From Azolla caroliniana (taxonomy: Eukaryota; Plantae; Polypodiophyta), in contig JBHGNT010000015.1 in assembly GCA_043228905.1 (NCBI GenBank), positions 17,794,001 through 17,858,000 of the forward strand: a DNA stretch of 64,000 nt, in the 5' to 3' direction. This document shows, in pieces, positions 57,789 through 64,000 of this stretch. Each line of letters opens with the position of its first letter. Position 1 is the first letter of the stretch. The notes below the pieces were generated by a model. It was not told the origin of the DNA, did not search any database, and saw nothing but the letters and a program-made list of their open reading frames with translations. A program made the translations under genes and the position numbers.

Positions 57789-58200
57789 GTTCGAGGGACC
57801 CAACCCCTCGAGTTCCACAATGTTCGAGGGGCCCAACCCCTCGAATCACCCAATGTTCGAGGGGCCCAACCCCTCGAACTACCCGTTGTTCGAGGAGTCC
57901 AACCCCTCGAACCACACCCAGCCCAACCCCTCGAACTACACAGTGTTCGAGGGGCCCAACCCCTCGAACTACCCGTTGTTCGAGGAATCCAACCCCTCGA
58001 ACCACACAGTGTTCGAGGAGTCCAACCCTCGAACCACACCTAGCCCAACCCCTCGAACCACACAGTGTTCGAGGGGCCCAACCCCTTGAACTACCCATTG
58101 TTCGAGGAGTCCACACCCCGCCCAACTCCTCGAACCACGCGTTGTTCGAGGAGCCCAACTCCTCGAACCACACATCGTTCGAGGAGTCCAACTCCTAGAC
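57789..58200. repeat. Tandem array of about 33-bp palindromic units (about 11 full and 2 half)
   Basis: GTTCGAGGGG-CCCAA-CCCCTCGAAC plus 8-nt variable linker. Confidence 0.93.
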
Positions 58201-58233
58201 CACGTAACCCCTAGTTGTTACGTTACTACGAAA

Positions 58234-58432
58234 TTAGGACCCCAGGTAAAATAAAAATAAAAACAACAAGGGGGAATCTATTGAAACTACCCGAACTCGC
58301 TGCTTCGTCACCACATTTAACTAAGTTATTCCATAGTTAGGACCCCACGTCCCGCTCCAAAAAAAAGAAAAACAAAAAAAGAGGGGGAATCTATTGAAAC
58401 TACCCGAACTTGTTGATTCGTGACCACATTTA
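58234..58432 (+). repeat. Two-copy direct repeat overlapping a putative intron
   Basis: TTAGGACCCCA...AGGGGGAATCTATTGAAACTACCCGAACT...ACCACATTTA occurs twice. Confidence 0.8.
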
Positions 58433-58436
58433 CCTA

Positions 58437-58457
58437 TACTAATATTTTTCCTCGCAG
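58437..58457 (+). promoter_or_regulatory. Putative branch point and splice acceptor upstream of the Gypsy D extra ORF
   Basis: TACTAAT ATTTTTCCTCGCAG|G, 10 nt before ATG 58468; candidate donor CAG|GTAAAA at 58246. Confidence 0.55.
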
Positions 58458-58467
58458 GTTGCCAACG

Positions 58468-61400
58468 ATGACGCCTCCCCAATTCATCAAACTCCTCCAC
58501 ACATACTACCCCGACGCAGGGTGCGGTTCCTTGGTCATTCCAACGGTGTTCAACAATACCCGATGTACTTACCGGGTTCCCACTGCCGCCACGCAGCTCA
58601 AGTACCTCGAACCCGACGTGTTCGCCACTCTCTCACGACTTGGCCTCAAGTTCTTCCTTGGAATCGGGCCGTGGGGCGTCCTACCCGAACTGGTCAACCG
58701 TTTCCTCATCGGGTACAACCCCGATACGGGCCACGTCAATATGCACCCTTTCGTAGACTCCCCCCCCGTCGCATTCTAGTTCACCGCGGCCGACGTTTGT
58801 GTTATGCTGGAATTACCCCTCGAGGGCGCCCCCTTCCGCACCACGAGGACCCCGGGGATTGTCCCCGGCATCATTCCTGTTGCCTACGCCGAATATTCTG
58901 GACGTGAAGGGTGGCGTTACACTGAAATCCCTCTCCATCTCCACGACCGTTGTAGCGCCATTGCCCAAATCAACGACACCGCATCTACCGATGCCACCGC
59001 TCGTATCACTGGTGAGTACCTCAAGTGGGCACATGATCCGCAACTGGTCCAGTGGGCTCACGAGCTTGTCCGCCGGGTCCGAGAATGTCACACACGGCCC
59101 AAATCGACTGTCAATTTCGCGTGGTTCCTCACCCGCTACCTGTGCGCAAAGTTCAGCATCGAACTCCCCGCCCCTCCCTTCGTACGCTGCCAAGAACGCT
59201 TCCGCAAGATCACTATCCCAGGCCAACTCGAACGCCTTCGCCTCCCCGAACGCGACTTTTTACGACAGGTACACCAAGGTGAACAGGCACGGCCACCGGC
59301 ACACAAACAACCTCCAATCACCCACGTGTCAGCCGAAGCTAACCTCGACACCCCTGAGGATATCACGAATCATGTCAAGGAATTCCAGACACACGAGTTC
59401 ACCCCCACCGAAATCCAGGCCTTGTCCACCACTTTCCACTATGTGTCACATCAGAACACAACCATGACTCCGCGTTCCCGTCGCTGCACCACTGAGTCAA
59501 TCTTGCGCGACCAACGGAACCCGCCAACCCCACCTCGACCCACCTCGCCAACCCCTCCACCCCACGAATCCTCTCCCCCCGCTCCGGCCACAACTACCCC
59601 ACCTTCCCCGTCCACCACCACCGACGACACCCCGCAACCCCGACCCCATAAACTCGCAACCCCGGCAATTCCCCTCCAACCCACCCTCGCCCCCGCCCAA
59701 ATGGCAACCCCGCTACCGCCACCCCCAACCCCAACCTCCGTGCCCTACTCGACCTCCCTCACTGCAGTTACTACCCACCCTACCCCCTCCCTCGTCATTC
59801 CCCCCAAACCCTTAACCGACATGGTGGCTGACCTCCTCAAGATGACTGCCGTCGTGAACCATCGCCTACTTCAAGTTCAGGCACAGGCCCAACAAACCGC
59901 CAACAACCAACACGAGACCTCTACATGGAACGAGATCTTGGTCGTTGAGGTATGGAGCGCCCTCCATACCAACGCATGCCAAGAGGCCGCCCACAACCTC
60001 CTCAAGCAAGAACTCCTGACGACACAAACCCGACACCAACAACTCACTGACAAATTCCAACAAGCTCGGACAACCTGGCAGCACGACCAAGAACGCGCAG
60101 CGCAAACACATGCCGAACTTTCGGCCGAGTACGTCCACCTCACCACCCAACACCAACTGATCGAGGCCCGCCTCGCAACCGTGACGGCTGACCTCTCCGA
60201 ACGGTTTGAGGCCCTGGCCGCCGCCATGGCCACCACTCACCAACTCACGAGTGAGATCACCACCCTCAAGGCTGAACGAGACGCCATGATCCACCAACTC
60301 GAAGTCGCCAATGAACGCAATCGATGTCTCCTCATCAAACACCACCGCCAATGCGCCGACCTCGAAAAGGACATCCTTCAACTCCGCACGTCCAAAGTCG
60401 CCCTTGAACACGCCCTCACCCCCGGTGTGATGAACCCCTCCATCGTTCAGACCCCTCTCCTTCCCCCAGCTGACTCTCCGAATATGATCCAGGCACTCTC
60501 GGTGTACGTGACCTCGACCTCCCTGCTCTCCGAACTTTTCACTGCACCACGCACACCACGCAACCTCCTCATCCAAGCAACATGCGTCCTTCGGTCGTTA
60601 GCCGCCACACGTCGCGTATTCTTTGATGACACCACACCCCCAGACCAGCAGATCTTCATCTGAGTACTCCCCGAAGACAACCACACCCTCGCCCTCTTCA
60701 TGTTATACCAGGAAGCCACCGAAGAACCTGCTCCCCCAGCCGACGACCTCTTCCCCCAACACTTCCCCATTTTGTTCCTCGAAGGTATGGCCTACCTTCA
60801 CACCGCCCTCACCCCCGACTTAGACATCTCCGATCTGATCTATTTCACCTACCCTTCTGATGTCACGATGCAAGTCACCGAAGACCAGTTGGCCCACCTC
60901 TTCACAACATTGGTGCGCTTACACCACATCGCCGACACCCTCACCCGCACCCTGTTGGAAAACACAACGACCTCCGTACCCCCTTTCGGTTTCCTCTGGC
61001 TAATATGCGCTTGGCAAACCGCTTGGGATGTCAGGGTTCGTACTCACATATTCAGCATCGAATACGCCACGTTCAACTGGCCCACAGACCTCGAGGTTGA
61101 CGACATACCGGAATTAGCCCTATACCTCGACGTTTCCCGCGAGTATCAACTCATGACATTCGATGAGGCTCGTGCTCGTGCCCTCTTACCCCCGCACCCC
61201 CCTTCTCCCCCCCTAGAGATCGACCTGGAGGGGGACCACGACTCACCTGATAAACCCGACACCCAGCCACCGCCTCGCCCTCGCCCTCCCTCTTCCCCGC
61301 CTCCAAGCCCCCCCTACCCCCACCACCTCCCCCACCTACTAGCCCACCTCCCTTCCCCCCTCACCACTTGCCCCCACACCCTCACCTCAGTGAATACCAG

Positions 61401-62748
61401 GTCCCCGACCACACACATCCCATGTTCGGTGACAACCCATTTCGCACACCCCCCTCGGGTCACCCCCTTCCCCCCCCCACCACCCGACACTTTCCCCCTC
61501 CACACACCGGTCGTCACCCACCCCGGTCGGACATTCACGGAGGCCATCCTCCGCAAACCTCTCCCCTTCAACCATCCCCTCGCCCACCTCATGCTCCACC
61601 AACAACTAACCCTCCCCATCTTCACTACACCTCCCTTACTCCACACCCCGAGCGCCCTCTTCAACGTTGCGGCCTTCTACGCTAATTTGGTTGACCGCTA
61701 CCAACTCACCAATGGCCTCCAAACCGCCCTTGATTGCATTGAAAGTGGTACTAGTTGGGACACTCGTCTTGACAATCAGTCTGCCGCCCCCATTCCATGG
61801 GAGTTCGACATCTGCAAGACCCCCCTACTCCTCACCCGCCTCTACAACTATTACCCCGAAGTCGCCTCCGAACCCCAAGTCGACGTCTTCCTTTACCCCC
61901 ATGTTTACCGCGATAAGATGTCCACTTGGGCAGCCGCAAACCCCACCCCAACTCGAGGGTGGCACCACCCCATCGCCAACCCCCTCCTCGAACCTCCCGG
62001 CACCCAACCCCCATGGCGTCTCCCTTGGTTCGCACACACAACCTTCCACGAATGGCTCGCCCTCCACCCCCCCGAGCTGCGCACCAACCCCACCTTTTTT
62101 CCCCTTCCTCGTCGTTGGCCATGGCCCGATTTTCACGCCGCCCAGGCACGCCTACCCACCCTTCAATTCAACTGGTCGTTGTTCCCCCGACCCCCGCGCA
62201 CATCCCCGACCAAACCCGACATGATCCGGGTCATGCAACGATTCCTACGTACATACCTTGACGTCCCGGACCCCGACATTCAAGCCAGCCTTCATTTTCT
62301 ACAACTTCAACTCATTCTCCTTGACTCTGGCCCGTACGAAGCCCCCCCCTTCCAACGGCACAACCACCCAGCGTGGGGCCTCGCCTTCGATTTGAACAAA
62401 GGTCCAACTCGCCACCAACTGGTCGGCCTCTGGACCCACGTCAACATACTCCCCGCAACCTACAAACGGGATTTTGAAACCATGATCGACACGCATTTTT
62501 TCCCCGCTTACATAAGCTTTAGTCGAAACCCCCCTTCTCCCTTCGCTGACCACAACACCTGCACCTGGCTCACCGGCCCCAAGAAAGATTTCTTCACAAC
62601 AACCGACCAACTGCAGGAAATTCGGCTACCACCACAGAACATCCGCCGTCTTCGCCATCATCTCCGCCGCCACCCGCCCCCCGACGAACCCCCCTATTCA
62701 ATTCTCCTCGCCCCCGACGCCCGAAGCTCCCCTCCCACAGTGCACTAG
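58468..62748 (+). pseudogene. Gypsy D extra ORF (about 1426 aa, two premature stops): plant-mobile-domain-like N-terminus, Pro-rich, coiled coil, unknown C-terminal domains
   Basis: ORFs 58420, 58804 and 60700 share one frame. ELVNRFLIGYNPDTG...FTAADVCVMLELPLEG resembles PMD-type motifs. Ends 30 bp before the 3' LTR. Confidence 0.8.
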
Positions 62749-62777
62749 GGAGTGTGCACTCATTAAGTTGGGGGAGA

Positions 62778-63345
62778 TGTTAAGCATTGGGATAACAACA
62801 CAACCAGTCACGAATAAGAATGCATCAAGAAGGACGTAGTACGAAGAGGAAACCGCAAGAGGAAAGGAAAGCAAAGAGATGGCCAAATGTGAAAGGCCCA
62901 TACCTTAAACGTGAAAGTTATACAAACCACATAGTAGTGACTTTGTGGGGGTTCTCCCATTTGTAAAGATCTCCTATTGATTAGAGCTAGAGCTTCCTCT
63001 CCTCTTTCTTGTAACCTTTGAGCTTAAGAGAGATTAGTGAAGTGTTGAGTTAGAGAACACTAATCTCTCTCCTTGTTGGTGCTAGACCTCTTAACAAAGA
63101 GGGTTAATAATAGACATACTCTTGCTTCTTATTGTCTATACCTATTGATCTATTGTCTACGAGAGAGAGCTTGAGAGAGTGAGAGAGATATCGTGCTTAA
63201 TCATTTACTAATCGTTGAGTGAGTGTGAGACTCGGAGGTATCCAACAACCATCTCCGCCCGATTTGCCATCAAGAGGGTATACGTCGGTCTGAATCCTGC
63301 CAAGACATCAAGGAGCTTACTCCATCGATACATAGATCCTTAACA
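62778..63345 (+). repeat. 3' LTR of Gypsy D
   Basis: Matches 31672-32212; followed by TSD GGCTC. Confidence 0.96.
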
Positions 63346-64000
63346 GGCTCCCAACAATTTGTCGGAACCATTTCTCATTGCAAGCCGGTCCGGAGTCGGG
63401 ACGGAGCTTTTGGTTCCGGTTCAGGGGTGTGGAGATCGGTCGGCATTCCATCATGCCGAACTTGTACAACATATTCAACACATAGTGTCTTTGTGAGAGC
63501 AATATGTTGTTGGGGGTTCGGATCACCTCGATCCCAAGGAAATAATGAAGGTCCCCCAGGTCCTTCATCTCAAATGCGCCCGACAGGTGAGACTTGACTC
63601 GGTTGATTTCATTGAGTCAGGGTTCGGTGATGCCTAAATCATCAACATACAGCAAGATGCAAACCAGATTGCCCGTACCTTGCCGGATGAACAACGAAGA
63701 GTCGGACTTGGAGGCCGCAAACCCCATCTTACGCAACCGGTGTGTGATCTTCACATACCAAGCTCGGGGGGATTGCTTCAGGTCATAAAGTGACTTCTTC
63801 AACTAGCATACCACCGACTTGTTCATCTCCGACTGGAAACCGGGGGTTGAGTCATAAAGACCTCTTCTTCCAGATTGCCTTGAAGAAATGCATTCTTCAC
63901 GTCCATCTGGTAAAGATGACACCCCCTTGCTGCAGCAACCGCCAGCACCACACGAACTGTCGTCATCTTCGCAACCGGAGCGAAGGTCTCGTCGTAGTCC

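Larger units (their letters stand above)
31672..63345 (+). mobile_element. Gypsy D: large (about 15 kb without nested DNA) non-chromovirus-like Ty3/Gypsy element with extra protease and extra 3' ORF
   Basis: LTRs 31672-32212 and 62778-63345 (about 20 substitutions and a 27-bp indel by eye). Perfect TSD GGCTC (31667-31671, 63346-63350). PBS TGGCGCCACTATCGGGGA at 32219 (resembles Asp-type PBS). PPT GGGGGAGA 62770-62777. Confidence 0.96.
30259..64000 (-). mobile_element. Copia C: Ty1/Copia element inserted in Gypsy G, split by Gypsy D; own sequence is 30259-31671 and 63346-64000
   Basis: 3' LTR about 30259-30680. RNase H ([22 protein letters not shown]) 31010-31671. RT (LLYVDDL, MKDLGDLHYFLG) 63351-64000. 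WFRQIVGSLIYLT is restored across the Gypsy D TSD. Confidence 0.92.

Noticed and set aside
57789-58200. CRISPR-like look of palindromic repeats with variable linkers
   Set aside because: Linkers are only 8 nt and recur, there are no cas genes, and the array is inside a plant LTR element.
58262-58410. AGGGGGAATCTATTGA as extra PPT plus LTR starts
   Set aside because: No matching LTR body or TSD; treated as part of the local two-copy repeat.
58468-62748. Envelope glycoprotein
   Set aside because: It is in the env position but I see no signal peptide or clear transmembrane anchor; the N-terminus looks PMD-like.

Overview
Eukaryotic land-plant DNA (probably a non-seed plant such as a fern, lycophyte or bryophyte; this is inference) made almost entirely of nested LTR retrotransposons, with no intact host gene. 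Left part: 5' end of a minus-strand Gypsy (1-3078), then a decayed minus-strand Copia (A, 3285-16044) that contains a truncated plus-strand Copia and a full-length Copia (F, 8325-13710). Middle: an AT-rich island (16045-20952 plus 26308-26515) with a DNA-transposon-like end and a spliced, pseudogenised gene for a ParB-like domain fused to a beta-class amino (N6A/N4C) DNA methyltransferase; a young intact Copia (B1) has inserted into it. Right part: a five-level nest of old Gypsy G > Copia C > giant Gypsy D (31672-63345) > Gypsy E (36785-53305) > Copia B2 and B3, with a 100-N assembly gap. Most unusual signals: (1) Gypsy E has no polypurine tract and instead carries a tRNA-Arg-like 3' end finishing in CCA two bases before its 3' LTR, the mirror image of its PBS; (2) the intron-containing ParB-methyltransferase gene; (3) Gypsy D has a second aspartic protease after integrase, a hairpin array with compensatory changes and an apparently spliced extra ORF of about 1426 aa. 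All alignments and translations beyond the supplied ORF track were done by eye.
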